64,000 nucleotides of DNA from Desulfatiglandales bacterium (GCA_963667015.2 CAXXJJ010000001.1:1120001-1184000), one strand, 5' to 3'. Numbered from the stretch's first letter, positions 29,050 to 39,517 are shown. The notes: generated by a model from the sequence alone, not told the origin. Made by a program: numbers and translations.

Positions 29050-29309
29050 GCTGGTCTGTTGTCCTATCCAGGCAGGCAGTCAAAGATACTAAAAAAATAG
29101 AAAGGGCAGGGTTAAAAAGCCAGGCCAAAGAGTTATTATCCCTTTTAAAAGAAAATCCATTCAAAACACCTCCTGCATACGAAAAACTTCTTGGAAACCT
29201 GAAAGGCTTTTATTCTCGAAGGATCAATATTAAGCACAGGATGGTTTATTCAATAAATACTGAAAGAAGAGTCGTTCATATATTGAGGTTGTGGACACAT
29301 TATGAATAA
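29046..29309 (+). CDS. yoeB: Txe/YoeB toxin
   Basis: NPF..PP.YEKL.G.L.G.YSRRIN..HR.VY and W.HYE. GTGA overlap with the antitoxin. Confidence 0.9.
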   Translation: MSWSVVLSRQAVKDTKKIERAGLKSQAKELLSLLKENPFKTPPAYEKLLGNLKGFYSRRINIKHRMVYSINTERRVVHILRLWTHYE

Positions 29310-29360
29310 CCGCAGGAATAATCAGACGGCTTTTTAAAGCAAGGAAAGGAGAAACAGCTA

Positions 29361-30254
29361 ATGCACAACAGGGAATATCTTGAAGGATTTGTTAATAAGT
29401 ATATTAAGGCTCTGGAGAAAAAGGATTTTTCTGAACTTCCTGTATCTGACTCCTATAAATATTCTGAAAACTGTGAACTGATCAGACTCGGGGAAGGGAT
29501 CATTACCTGGCCGGTAAAAGAGACTGTAAGGCTTGATATATATGATGTTAAGACAGGTCAGGCGGCAGTTCAGTCGGTTCTTGATAATGGTGAAAGGCTT
29601 ATCATGTTTTTCCTGCGTCTTAAAATTGAGAATGATAAAATCACCGAGATTGAGACCCTGGTAAACCCGGGGGAAAAGGGTGTTCCTATCCCATTTAACC
29701 CTGCAAATATAACTGAGATATCAGATCACTGGAAAAGATCCATAAGACCTGCTGAACGGGATTCCCGGTTCAAACTCATGGATGTTGCAGACGGTTACTG
29801 GCGGGCAATGGAAACCGAAGGGACAGCAGATTATGTAAGACCTGCAGTTCTTCCTGATACAGAGAGATATGAAAACGGCATGCACACCACAAACGAGGTA
29901 ATGCCTGATTTTTCCGAGATATTCGGTGATTCTGCACCCCTGTTTGTGCCGGCATATCCCTTTCCTGACAGAGGGCCGCGTACAGCCCTTGCTGATTTTG
30001 ATCACGGCACATGGACCGGCACAAAGGTGGCAGACAGGCGTTATCCGGTAATTGATGAGGAGAGGGGTATTATTGTAAGTCTTGCAAGATTTGGCAGCCT
30101 TAAGGAAGACAGGTCAAAGAATCCCGATGCCGGACCTGCCCCCTATGTGGCGGAATTTTTTGCTGTAACCAGGGGATGGATAAGGGAAGTGCATGTTGTA
30201 ATTGCCGGTGTAAAACCCTGTGTGCCTACTCCCTGGCCTTTGGATGTATATTAG
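29361..30254 (+). CDS. Hypothetical protein (two NTF2/SnoaL-like halves suspected)
   Basis: 297-aa ORF with AAGGAG RBS. Y.EN and R.ENG motifs, one per half. Confidence 0.55.
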   Translation: MHNREYLEGFVNKYIKALEKKDFSELPVSDSYKYSENCELIRLGEGIITWPVKETVRLDIYDVKTGQAAVQSVLDNGERLIMFFLRLKIENDKITEIETLVNPGEKGVPIPFNPANITEISDHWKRSIRPAERDSRFKLMDVADGYWRAMETEGTADYVRPAVLPDTERYENGMHTTNEVMPDFSEIFGDSAPLFVPAYPFPDRGPRTALADFDHGTWTGTKVADRRYPVIDEERGIIVSLARFGSLKEDRSKNPDAGPAPYVAEFFAVTRGWIREVHVVIAGVKPCVPTPWPLDVY

Positions 30255-30386
30255 AGAGAAAGGGTTCAAGGGGTCAAGTGAAAAACTTTATTAACCTCGA
30301 ACACCCCTGTAAGCTTATTAATGTTTTGATATATCGGGAAATTGCGAATATCCTGGATACAGGTTTGAAACCCTCTACAAAACGAA

Positions 30387-31772
30387 TCACGGGCATCTTA
30401 TTATTCCCTGTCCCCAGAGGCATGCCCCGCATGTGGGGAACCTGTTACCTATACAGTCTTCCTCGTTTTTCTGTGACAGGTCGCAGCCGCCGCATGTAAT
30501 GCAGGGGGCAAAATCATAGTCAAGTACGCGTTCCCTGAATGCCTTGTGCTCGGGGGTATTCCAGAGGTCATACAGGTCTTGATCAATCACGCTGCCTATT
30601 GCCCATTTTTTTGAATGGCGTCCGTCATAGTTTAAAAATCCAAGATAGCAGTCATGACTGTGTAAAAGCGGGAGACACGGGCTCAGGTTACCGTCCCAGC
30701 CGATGGCACCCGCCCCAGCGTCTATAAAAGGGCACCTGTTTCTGAGTTTTTCAGCACTGACAAAAGGGACGGTCATTGTAATTTTATCTGCAGATTTTCG
30801 AATTGATTCCAGAACCGATTCGTCCATGTCCATTAAGGGGAGGTCCAGATTGAAATTATTCCTGTTGATGGATTTGTAGTACAGAGATTCATCTACCATT
30901 TCCTTTGTATAGGGGAGTACATTTGTTACCATCATACGCGTCGCGCCGATATCGGTACTTATCTCTATTACAGCAGGAAGTTCGCTTATATTGCGTTTCA
31001 TTGCAACAAAGACAACACCGATTTCCATATGCTGTTTAAAGCCGTGCCTGCCCCCGTTAAGCCTGTTTAACAGGGTAAGGTTTTCAAGTATATTGGGCAG
31101 TTCTGCTCCCATCCTAATATCAGAAAAGCTGTCTGGAGTTGATCCGTCCAGGGATACCCACAGTGTATCGAGCCCGACATCTATCAGGGATTTTATCATG
31201 TCTTCTTTTAGAAGGGTGCCGTTAGTGATGAGCTCTGCTTTCATGCCCAGTGATTTGAATCGGGAAATCATATCCAGTATCTTCGGGTGGAAGAGGGGCT
31301 CTCCAAATCCCCCGAAAAATACCCTGTCGGGGAGTGATGGAAAGGAATGTATCCCTTTGATAACTGCCTCAAAGACCTCTTCGGACATCATTCCCGAAGG
31401 TTCATTCCATACATGACGGATACATGTGCGGCAGTTGAGGTTGCACAGGTTTGTTACCTCAATATACAATTTTGATAAACGCATGGGAAGGCGAAGTGTT
31501 ATGGTGTTTCCCTCTCTATCAAATCTGACCCTGTCCCCAGGGCTGACTCCCATGCCGGATACCGAATTTTCAGGTATTATAAGGTTTCCCGATGGATCGG
31601 TCTCAAAATATTCATGTCTTTGTGTGCTCTTCAGCTTATTGTTTCTATCCTGCATCATTAAAATATTAAAACCCTGTTTGCGGAGTTCTTCCTCCATTTT
31701 AAAATTATTTGTCTGTGTATTTTTACAAAGAGTTATAACATAGTCAAATCCTTTATCCAGATGATAATCCAT
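30387..31772 (-). CDS. Radical SAM/SPASM protein, tungsten-oxidoreductase maturase-like, with AbrB-like N-terminus
   Basis: CNLNCRTC, GGFGEP, TNG and Cys-rich C-terminus CxxCGGC...NEEDC.GN.FPTCG.CLW.QG.I.CP. Start uncertain, probably later. Confidence 0.8.
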   Translation of the reverse strand: MDYHLDKGFDYVITLCKNTQTNNFKMEEELRKQGFNILMMQDRNNKLKSTQRHEYFETDPSGNLIIPENSVSGMGVSPGDRVRFDREGNTITLRLPMRLSKLYIEVTNLCNLNCRTCIRHVWNEPSGMMSEEVFEAVIKGIHSFPSLPDRVFFGGFGEPLFHPKILDMISRFKSLGMKAELITNGTLLKEDMIKSLIDVGLDTLWVSLDGSTPDSFSDIRMGAELPNILENLTLLNRLNGGRHGFKQHMEIGVVFVAMKRNISELPAVIEISTDIGATRMMVTNVLPYTKEMVDESLYYKSINRNNFNLDLPLMDMDESVLESIRKSADKITMTVPFVSAEKLRNRCPFIDAGAGAIGWDGNLSPCLPLLHSHDCYLGFLNYDGRHSKKWAIGSVIDQDLYDLWNTPEHKAFRERVLDYDFAPCITCGGCDLSQKNEEDCIGNRFPTCGACLWGQGIIRCP

Positions 31773-31899
31773 GCCCTGTGGCGATAAGTCTGATAACGTC
31801 GGTTTTACTGGAACAATACAGCATTTGTATGATAATCAGATGGGGGTTTACACCTAATACTGTTGACTTAATAAAATCAAACAGATATTTCGGTTTAAT

Positions 31900-31928
31900 C
31901 GTCATCCCCGCGGAGGCGGAGATGACGA
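31900..31928. repeat. GTCATCCCCGC-type REP-like hairpin (collapsed)
   Basis: CGTCATCCCCGC-GGAG-GCGGAGATGACG. Confidence 0.5.
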
Positions 31929-32011
31929 ACTATAAAGCTTGAATCAACAACATCGGGTTTTACACACCACAATGAAAGGACAGGTTTCAGGAATTTACAT
32001 GGGGATGAACG

Positions 32012-35000
32012 ATGGGCGACTCATGGTTTGACAAAAATGAAAAATGTTCAAATATTGATAAAGATAAAGATAAAGAGCTATCCACGATAATAAGGGGCAT
32101 AGCGTCCGAATTTGATGTTGTCATGGGAAACCCTGAACGTGTGAGGAAAAACTGTTCCAGGCTCCTTGAACTATTGGAAAACCCGCCGGCCTCAATTGAT
32201 CTTGAATGCCTGAATCAGCTTGTCCCCCTGTTGCCAAAGAAGATGGGAGATATAGTCTCTCCACTGTTTGACCTTTTTTATGAAATCACAAAAAAGGTTA
32301 AAGATCCCTGGCCTTTTCTTCAGGGGCTTCTTTCTGTCAGGGATGCAGATCTTGTTTTAAAGGCGCTGAATTTCGCGGCCTCCCTCGCACAGTCAGGGGC
32401 CTTAACCGTTGATCCCAAGGTGTTAGGCTTCTTCGCCGATAAAATTGAAAGTGACGGAAGTCCCCTTAGTAATCCCGAAGGCCATGCGGTAACTGCAAAA
32501 ATAGTACACTGTTTTTCCGACGGATTCTCCGCCGATGTAAAAGATGGTGCAATGGATATTTTCCTGCATCAAAAGGATATCAAATTACGCAGACTGGGAG
32601 CCCGGATTCTGGATTTACCGGGAGTGCCGGTGCCGGAGGATGTAGCGCTTGAGGCCCTGGGTGAGGATGCATTCCGGTTTTTCATGCCTTACCTGTTATT
32701 TACCAGGGCATCCTATACGGATCTCCTTCAAATCCTTCCATTGCCGGGAAAACCCGCACCGGCATTGAATCTGTTGCGTTCAGCCGAATCATCATTCGGA
32801 GAACAGCTTCTTAAAGAAATTGTATCGCGCATGGGGTGGCAGAATATCAATTTCGGGATTGAGAGCAACAGACTGACCAGCCTAAAAATCGGTGATTCAT
32901 TTCCGTTAATTGTCTCCCATGAAGAGGCCATACTCTTTGATTCAAGGAGTGATGTCAGGCGTGATAATGAAATATATCTTTTCATTGGTCATGGCGGATT
33001 TCAAGGTGAAGGTAAACGGGAGAACCGGGATAAGGATCCGGTGATACTCTTTCGGGCCTACAATCTTTCCCATGCCAGGGTCCTGGCCGATTTTAACGAT
33101 ACAGGGCCCCTTTCATCTGCAAAAGTGGACCGGATGCTGTCGGCGATGGACGGTATAGTTTCCGATTATTTAGCCCTTTTTTCTTCACACTCAACCGAAA
33201 GTTCAATATTGCCCGATGTCTACAGCAAACTTAAAAATAAGATTTTATCTGAAGTGGAAAAGATGAAATTAAAGGGCAGAACAACTCCTGATCTGTCCAG
33301 GCTTGTTCTGATGTTCGAGGATCCCCCAAACCTTGGTGCTGTTCAAACCTTGCACGGGCTGAAGCGTTACCTTCATCAAAAAGGACTTCGGCTGGGATTT
33401 CGGCTGATAGATTCAAGCTGTGCAATGAACCGTACGGTGTCAATGATTACCGCGTCTGAAAAAAAGGTCCTTAATGTATTATCATGCATCAGTTATATTA
33501 ATTTTGAGCCGGGAATGGAAGATGTCGATCCAACACATGTTCCCTTCCCGGTCAGGATTGTTGCTGATGCATATGCACGGCAGATGCTCAGGGGAGAAAA
33601 GGATTTCCCGAGTATAAGGATATTCTGTTACGGGAACGAAATTAATTACTACATATCTTTCAGAAATCACCCTGTGTTTCTGAGAATCGATTTCTCGCAC
33701 CCTTTAAACAACGGAATGATTGATCTAGAATATTATGGCGTGAGCAAGACAGAGATTGATCATCATCCTAACCTGTCCCTTGATGCTATTAAATATTTTT
33801 TTCAATATCTCGGATTCGATGTCGATGTTAACCAGACCCACATCAAGGTCCGTTATGATAAAAACATGACCATGGACACAAAGGATCTCTATGAGAAGGC
33901 AGAGATTCTGTTCAACCTTGTTCCCTACTTTATGGACATTGACTGGGTTATCAGTTCGTTAGATCTGGATAAAGAGTCCTGTGGCCTGGTTACCGAAGCA
34001 TGGGCAGGGTTTTTCAGGAAGTGGGGAGTTCTTCCTCTGGATCAGTTTCTTACAGCTGACCGCCGGGGAATTCTTGTGAATCGAAAACCCGGCCCTACCG
34101 GAGATAAGGAAATTATATGGAACGGAAAAGCTCCCTATACTGACCAGACCGGCTCACCATTGCCGGAAGATCTCCTGGCCTGTTTAAACAGATCTTTGCA
34201 GGAGCTTGGCCTTGATCTCCATCGTTTTTCCGGCCAGTTGTCAGACAATGAGATTGGCCAGCTTCAAATAGAAAAATTGATTCTTAGGCCCTTCAGGGAG
34301 GCTGTTTCCCTGGGCGGTATTTTGACGAAAGCAGGAGGTTTGTCCCGGGCACCTTCCGATAAATTCAAATATGAATGGGAAGCGGAACGTTTTGCTGAAA
34401 TACTTTCTGAGAAGGGGGATGCAATGATATCTTCCTTTTCGCTTGCCGGGCTTGTCAGGCCGCTTGAGCAGAATACATATTTTATAGATTCCGGCAGTAT
34501 TAACGGATACAGGATTCAATATGCGTCCGTACCGGTTTTCGGCAGCATAATCGATATCTACACCCTGAGAGATGAAGAAGGTATTATACGTTTTTCCTTT
34601 TTTACAAATGGCTCCACCCTTTGCCGAAAGAGAGAAGATACCGGGTCGCAGTGGAGATCAAACTTCAGTGTCGATATCCATGAACTGGCAGGCCTGCTCC
34701 GGGAAGGCAACTGCCTGATGCCGGGAATGGATGCAGTTGAAGAGTCTCCCGAAGAGATAAAATCTGTCTGTGATAAATTCAGGCAGTTTAACCGAAGGCG
34801 GGAGCATATGCCCTTTAAGGGAGAACGGATCATAAAAGGGGTAAAGGTTTCGCCTGGACGGGTTGTCGGAAGGATCCTCTTCAAAAGCTCAGAAAACAGA
34901 TCTCCGGAAGATTTTAAGGGCCGGATCCTTGTCACGCCGGGAATTCACCCCGAGGATAATGCTTTGATATACAACTCATCAGGTATAGTTACTACCGGTG

Positions 35001-37090
35001 GAGGTATACTGAGCCATGCTGCCCTTACTGCCCTTCAGTTCAAAAAGCCTTCCATGATCATAGACGGTAAATGGGAAAAATCTCCTGACGGCAGGATGAA
35101 TCTTCTCAGTTATTTTTCCGAATACCATGAGGAGAGTAAAGATTATTTGGATTATAAAATAACCGCTAGGTCGGTAATAACCAGAAATGATCAATATATC
35201 AGAGAGGGGGATCTTGCAGTACTGGACTCGGAGCAAGGTGTTTTTTCAATCCTCGGGCAGGAAAGGGAGGCAGTCAAATTCTATGAAACCTACATGCATT
35301 TTTGTGAAACTACCGAAAGTCTTATGTCATCAAAGGACACCCATCACATATTAACCCTGAGGGGTCTAAGGCTTCGTGCACTCCACAGAATTGAAAAACA
35401 GCTCTCCGGTATTTCCGATCCCTTTCTTGCCTGCCATGTTGTATATGAACTGCTTATGAGCGAGTATCTGTCCTTTAACCGCGGAAGCAGGAACGAGAAG
35501 GCCGGCCTGATATCCATTATTCTGAAAAACCCGGATACAGAGGCCTCTGCCAGGGAACATCTGCTGGATACATTTTTAAACCTTAATCTCCGGCACCAGT
35601 CACTTCTTGATGAAATCAGGAAGCAGCTGCCTTCCTATGTTAATATTTTTGAGAGGCTCTATATGCGTCTCAAGCTGCTGCGGATCAGGCGGACGGTGAA
35701 AGAGGCATATGAATCACTGCAGAGCTGCAGTTTTACAGATATCAGGATGGATGACTCTGTAAGTGAAGATATTGACGGGCAGTTTAAGGCACATTTTAAC
35801 AGAAAACTGGAAACACTGTCCGGCGAGCTTGAAAACAGCCTGTCATCAGGAAAGAGTTTTCATGTCCGCCATTTGATATTGCAGATGGAACGGCTGCATT
35901 CTTTACTTGGGACCTCAGCAGCAACAGAAAGCCGGATTAAGGAAACAACGGATAAGATTAGACTGTCTGATGAGGCCTCCCTGGATCGTCTGAAAAAGAG
36001 TTATATAGTGAGGTCAACGGATGGCGGTATTGAGCTGTCTCATCTGATTGGATGGAAGGCCGCCAACCTGTCCGAGGTAGAGCGTCTGACAGGAGAAGAA
36101 CTGGTGCCCCGGTGGTTTGCTGTTACAGACTATGCGCTTAATCAGGTTCTGGACCTGCCCCTTGACCTGGCAGCCAGAAACATCACAGGGATCTCTTCCT
36201 CAGGGACCTTAAGATCGGCATTAAAGGATATCCTTGCTCGTCATAATATTGACCACATACAGAAATCCCTGAAGATCATTCAGATATGGGAAGATGTTAT
36301 CCTTCCTGAAGAGCTGACCCGGGAAATTCTTAACGCCTACAGACTTCTTATGAATCCTTCAGTCAAAAAGAACGGTGAAAACGAGATGTCCGGCTATGTA
36401 TCAATAAGATCATCTTCCAGCGATGAAGACACTGAGCTTTCATCCAATGCCGGCATGTTTGACACCTTTCTTTTTATCCGCGGTGAAGAGGCGGTCTTAA
36501 AATATCTGAAAAGGGTATGGGCCGGGTTCTGGGGTGAAAAGGCATTATATCACAGGTCCCTGACCGGAGCGGTTTCGGAAATGCCCGGAGGAGGTGTAAT
36601 AATCCAGCGCCTGATTCCTTCGAGGGTTTCCGGCGTGCTTCAGACTATAAATGCTGCAGAAGAAAATCCCGGGGAGATGGTTATCAATGCAGGCCTTGGG
36701 CTCGGGCAGGGGATTGTTTCGGGAAGGATAACGGGTGATCAGATATTTGTTGAGAAGGACAGGAAAACAATGGAGAACCCGGATGAACAGTTAAAATTTC
36801 ATTATTTTACAAGAGAAAAAATAACACAGGCGGTATTTAATAAATGGGAGGGCCGGGGTGTAATATATTCTTCGATACCCTATCACAGGCGTCTCCTGCC
36901 CGCGCTCAGTTATATGGAGATCTCCAGCCTGGTAATAAGGGCGGCCAGCCTTGAAATAGCCTACGGATATCCTCTGGATATTGAATTCTGTATAGAGGGC
37001 GACAGGCTCTGGATTTTACAATGCCGTCCGGTTACCAGTTTTATGAAGATTTTCCAGGAGACAATTAAACACTATCCATTATCTCAGTAA
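32012..37090 (+). CDS. Large PEP-utilising/PPDK-family protein (phospho-His domain + C-terminal ATP-grasp)
   Basis: TTGGGILSHAA swivel motif. G.KAANL, RSSSSDED...AGMF.T, GLG.GIVSG and DIEF...ILQCRPVT. About 930-aa unassigned N-terminus. Confidence 0.8.
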   Translation: MGDSWFDKNEKCSNIDKDKDKELSTIIRGIASEFDVVMGNPERVRKNCSRLLELLENPPASIDLECLNQLVPLLPKKMGDIVSPLFDLFYEITKKVKDPWPFLQGLLSVRDADLVLKALNFAASLAQSGALTVDPKVLGFFADKIESDGSPLSNPEGHAVTAKIVHCFSDGFSADVKDGAMDIFLHQKDIKLRRLGARILDLPGVPVPEDVALEALGEDAFRFFMPYLLFTRASYTDLLQILPLPGKPAPALNLLRSAESSFGEQLLKEIVSRMGWQNINFGIESNRLTSLKIGDSFPLIVSHEEAILFDSRSDVRRDNEIYLFIGHGGFQGEGKRENRDKDPVILFRAYNLSHARVLADFNDTGPLSSAKVDRMLSAMDGIVSDYLALFSSHSTESSILPDVYSKLKNKILSEVEKMKLKGRTTPDLSRLVLMFEDPPNLGAVQTLHGLKRYLHQKGLRLGFRLIDSSCAMNRTVSMITASEKKVLNVLSCISYINFEPGMEDVDPTHVPFPVRIVADAYARQMLRGEKDFPSIRIFCYGNEINYYISFRNHPVFLRIDFSHPLNNGMIDLEYYGVSKTEIDHHPNLSLDAIKYFFQYLGFDVDVNQTHIKVRYDKNMTMDTKDLYEKAEILFNLVPYFMDIDWVISSLDLDKESCGLVTEAWAGFFRKWGVLPLDQFLTADRRGILVNRKPGPTGDKEIIWNGKAPYTDQTGSPLPEDLLACLNRSLQELGLDLHRFSGQLSDNEIGQLQIEKLILRPFREAVSLGGILTKAGGLSRAPSDKFKYEWEAERFAEILSEKGDAMISSFSLAGLVRPLEQNTYFIDSGSINGYRIQYASVPVFGSIIDIYTLRDEEGIIRFSFFTNGSTLCRKREDTGSQWRSNFSVDIHELAGLLREGNCLMPGMDAVEESPEEIKSVCDKFRQFNRRREHMPFKGERIIKGVKVSPGRVVGRILFKSSENRSPEDFKGRILVTPGIHPEDNALIYNSSGIVTTGGGILSHAALTALQFKKPSMIIDGKWEKSPDGRMNLLSYFSEYHEESKDYLDYKITARSVITRNDQYIREGDLAVLDSEQGVFSILGQEREAVKFYETYMHFCETTESLMSSKDTHHILTLRGLRLRALHRIEKQLSGISDPFLACHVVYELLMSEYLSFNRGSRNEKAGLISIILKNPDTEASAREHLLDTFLNLNLRHQSLLDEIRKQLPSYVNIFERLYMRLKLLRIRRTVKEAYESLQSCSFTDIRMDDSVSEDIDGQFKAHFNRKLETLSGELENSLSSGKSFHVRHLILQMERLHSLLGTSAATESRIKETTDKIRLSDEASLDRLKKSYIVRSTDGGIELSHLIGWKAANLSEVERLTGEELVPRWFAVTDYALNQVLDLPLDLAARNITGISSSGTLRSALKDILARHNIDHIQKSLKIIQIWEDVILPEELTREILNAYRLLMNPSVKKNGENEMSGYVSIRSSSSDEDTELSSNAGMFDTFLFIRGEEAVLKYLKRVWAGFWGEKALYHRSLTGAVSEMPGGGVIIQRLIPSRVSGVLQTINAAEENPGEMVINAGLGLGQGIVSGRITGDQIFVEKDRKTMENPDEQLKFHYFTREKITQAVFNKWEGRGVIYSSIPYHRRLLPALSYMEISSLVIRAASLEIAYGYPLDIEFCIEGDRLWILQCRPVTSFMKIFQETIKHYPLSQ

Positions 37091-37129
37091 TATTATAACT
37101 TTCTGCATATTAACTTTGGAGGTTGCCGC

Positions 37130-39379
37130 ATGATAAGAGAAAATGATTCCCTGACATATCACTCAGCCGAACGTCCCGGAAAAATCGAGATACACAGTTC
37201 AAAGCCGTGTATTACACCCAGGGAAATGAGACTGGCCTACCTGCCCGGGGCTACATTTCCTTCAAAGCTCATAATGGAAGAACCGTCACAGATATTTAAC
37301 TATACAGCAAAAGGAAACCTGGTTGGCGTAATAACAAACGGATCTTCTGTTCCCGGCCTGGGTAATGTAGGGCCGGAGGCTGCAAAACCGATGCAGGAGG
37401 GTATCGCGGTTCTTTTCAAGCAGCTTGCTGACATTGATGTGTTTGATCTTGAACTTGACACTTCTGATCCGGAGAAGTTCATTGATACAGTTTTAATGCT
37501 GGAACCCACTTTTGGAGGAATAAATATCAAGGACATAAGTGTCCTGGAAGGGTTGCATATCTATGACCGTCTAAGTGAATGTATGAAAATACCTGTTTTT
37601 CATGAAAACCTTTACAGCTCTGCGGTCGTGGCTTCTGCCGCACTCTTAAACGCACTTGATCTTGTTGATAAAAAGATCGAAGACGTGCGTGTGGTTATAT
37701 GCGGTATCGGGACCCTGGGCGTGGGTTGTGCCAGACTGTTTTTACAGCTTGGAATTCAGCCTGAAAACCTCCTTGTATATGACAGAAAAGGTCTGCTGCA
37801 TCCTGACCGGAAGGATATGCCTGAGTATAAAAAAATCTTTGCAAGGAAACACCCGGCACGTACCCTTTCGGAAGGGTTAAGAGGCGCGGATGTATTCCTT
37901 GGGGCCTCGGTTTCCGGTACAGTCAATCCCGTGATGGTCAGGTCCATGAACTCCTTTCCAATCCTGTTTGCACTGTCCGCACCATATCCGGAAATCGATT
38001 ATGAAAAAGCCAAATCAAGCAGAAAAGATGTTATTGTAGCCACCAGCATGGGGCTTTACCCCAATGCGGTCCTTGATACCCTCAGTTTCCCCTATATCTT
38101 CAGGGGCGCACTCGATGTCCAGGCCACGCGTATTACGGAGGGAATGATGATAGCCGCTGCCAGGGCACTGGCCGAACTGGCCCGTGAAGAGGTGGTGGAG
38201 GAGGTGGAAAGGGCATATGGTGATGAGCATTTCAGCTTTGGGCCCGAATATCTTCTTCCAAAACCCATTGACCCGAGGATTCTGGTATATGAATCATCCG
38301 CTGTCGCCCAGCAGGCTATAGAGGAGGGTGTTGCCCGTATTTCAGTTGACAACACATCGCACCGCGAAAGATTGTCCGTTCGGATGGGAACAGGCCGGGA
38401 AACCATGCGGAAGATAATAATGAAGGCAAAGCAGGAAAACCTCAGTATCGTTTTTGCTGACGGAACAGATGAGACGATCCTGCGTGCCTGCTCAATCCTG
38501 CTGGATGAAGGGATCGTAAGACCGACACTGCTTGGTAATCGTGAAGAGGTTTTAAGGGCTGTCGAAACTCTCGGTCTGGATCTGGAAGGCGTAAATATTA
38601 TAGACCCGGTTAAAAGTCCCCGTTTTGAATTTTATGTGGATGAGTATTTCAGGATAGGGCAGCGCAGGGGTGTAATGCGGCCCGAGGCTATAAAGCGCCT
38701 TCAGCAGCGGGATTATTTTGCATCGCTTATGCTTCATACCGGCGATACTGATATGCTGTTTGCAGGGGTATCAACACATTACGCAAAATCATTCCGGACA
38801 ATTCTTGAAGTGATAGGTCCTGCCCCGGAAATAAGCAGGATTTCAAGCCACCATATGATACTTCTGCCTAAAAATATCTATTTTCTTGCAGACTGCGCAG
38901 TCAATATAGACCCGAGTGCGGAAGAACTGGCGGAGATTGCATTGCTTACCGCAAGCAGGGTGAGTTCGCTTGGGCTCGAACCCCGTGTTGCCATGCTTTC
39001 ATTTTCCAATTTCGGGAGTGTTGGGCACCCCCTTTCAAACAAAGTGAGAAGGGCCACGGAGATAGCAAAGGAGCGTGCCCCTGAATTAATTATTGACGGG
39101 GAAGTACAACTGGCCGTTGCTGTAGATGAAAAATTAAGGTTAAAAAATTTCCCCTTTTCCGACCTTGTTGAAAATGCCAATATTCTTATCTTTCCGGATC
39201 TTCAGTCCGGGATACTGGCCCTCGACCTGATCCAGCAGATCGGCAAGGCCGTATCGGTCGGGCCCATACTCATGGGGACAAGGCTGCCGGTACATCTTCG
39301 CCAGTATGGTGTTACTGTGGAAGAGGTCGTGAATCTGGTGGCAACAGGGGTGGTGGAGGCGGTGTCATTCAACAGATAG
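37130..39379 (+). CDS. MaeB-like malic enzyme/PTA fusion with degenerate active site
   Basis: Overall MaeB architecture (YT.KGNLV, GLGN.G, FPYIFRGALD, PTA-like ADCAVN...SFSNFGS). Catalytic motifs altered. Confidence 0.85.
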   Translation: MIRENDSLTYHSAERPGKIEIHSSKPCITPREMRLAYLPGATFPSKLIMEEPSQIFNYTAKGNLVGVITNGSSVPGLGNVGPEAAKPMQEGIAVLFKQLADIDVFDLELDTSDPEKFIDTVLMLEPTFGGINIKDISVLEGLHIYDRLSECMKIPVFHENLYSSAVVASAALLNALDLVDKKIEDVRVVICGIGTLGVGCARLFLQLGIQPENLLVYDRKGLLHPDRKDMPEYKKIFARKHPARTLSEGLRGADVFLGASVSGTVNPVMVRSMNSFPILFALSAPYPEIDYEKAKSSRKDVIVATSMGLYPNAVLDTLSFPYIFRGALDVQATRITEGMMIAAARALAELAREEVVEEVERAYGDEHFSFGPEYLLPKPIDPRILVYESSAVAQQAIEEGVARISVDNTSHRERLSVRMGTGRETMRKIIMKAKQENLSIVFADGTDETILRACSILLDEGIVRPTLLGNREEVLRAVETLGLDLEGVNIIDPVKSPRFEFYVDEYFRIGQRRGVMRPEAIKRLQQRDYFASLMLHTGDTDMLFAGVSTHYAKSFRTILEVIGPAPEISRISSHHMILLPKNIYFLADCAVNIDPSAEELAEIALLTASRVSSLGLEPRVAMLSFSNFGSVGHPLSNKVRRATEIAKERAPELIIDGEVQLAVAVDEKLRLKNFPFSDLVENANILIFPDLQSGILALDLIQQIGKAVSVGPILMGTRLPVHLRQYGVTVEEVVNLVATGVVEAVSFNR

Positions 39380-39395
39380 GAGCATTTTTTATTGC

Positions 39396-39487
39396 GAAGC
39401 GCAAGGTCTAATACCTCGTCGCTTGCGGCGATTAAACAGATTTATTCATTATTTGATACCCCGCTGCTTGCGGCGGGGCAGTTCATT
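39396..39487. repeat. Hairpin element resembling IS200/IS605-type end or REP remnant
   Basis: GATACCCCGCTGCTTGCGGCGGGGCAGTTCATT plus an upstream degenerate copy. Related sequences at 43820-43849 and 55067-55088. Confidence 0.45.
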
Positions 39488-39517
39488 TAAAAACTATTAA
39501 AGACACAGGGAAAATGA

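Noticed and set aside
30262..30307. GGGTTCAAGGGGTCAAG 8-nt arm with a weak inverted partner
   Set aside because: Only two units and poor complementarity, too weak to call, although it resembles the other arm families.
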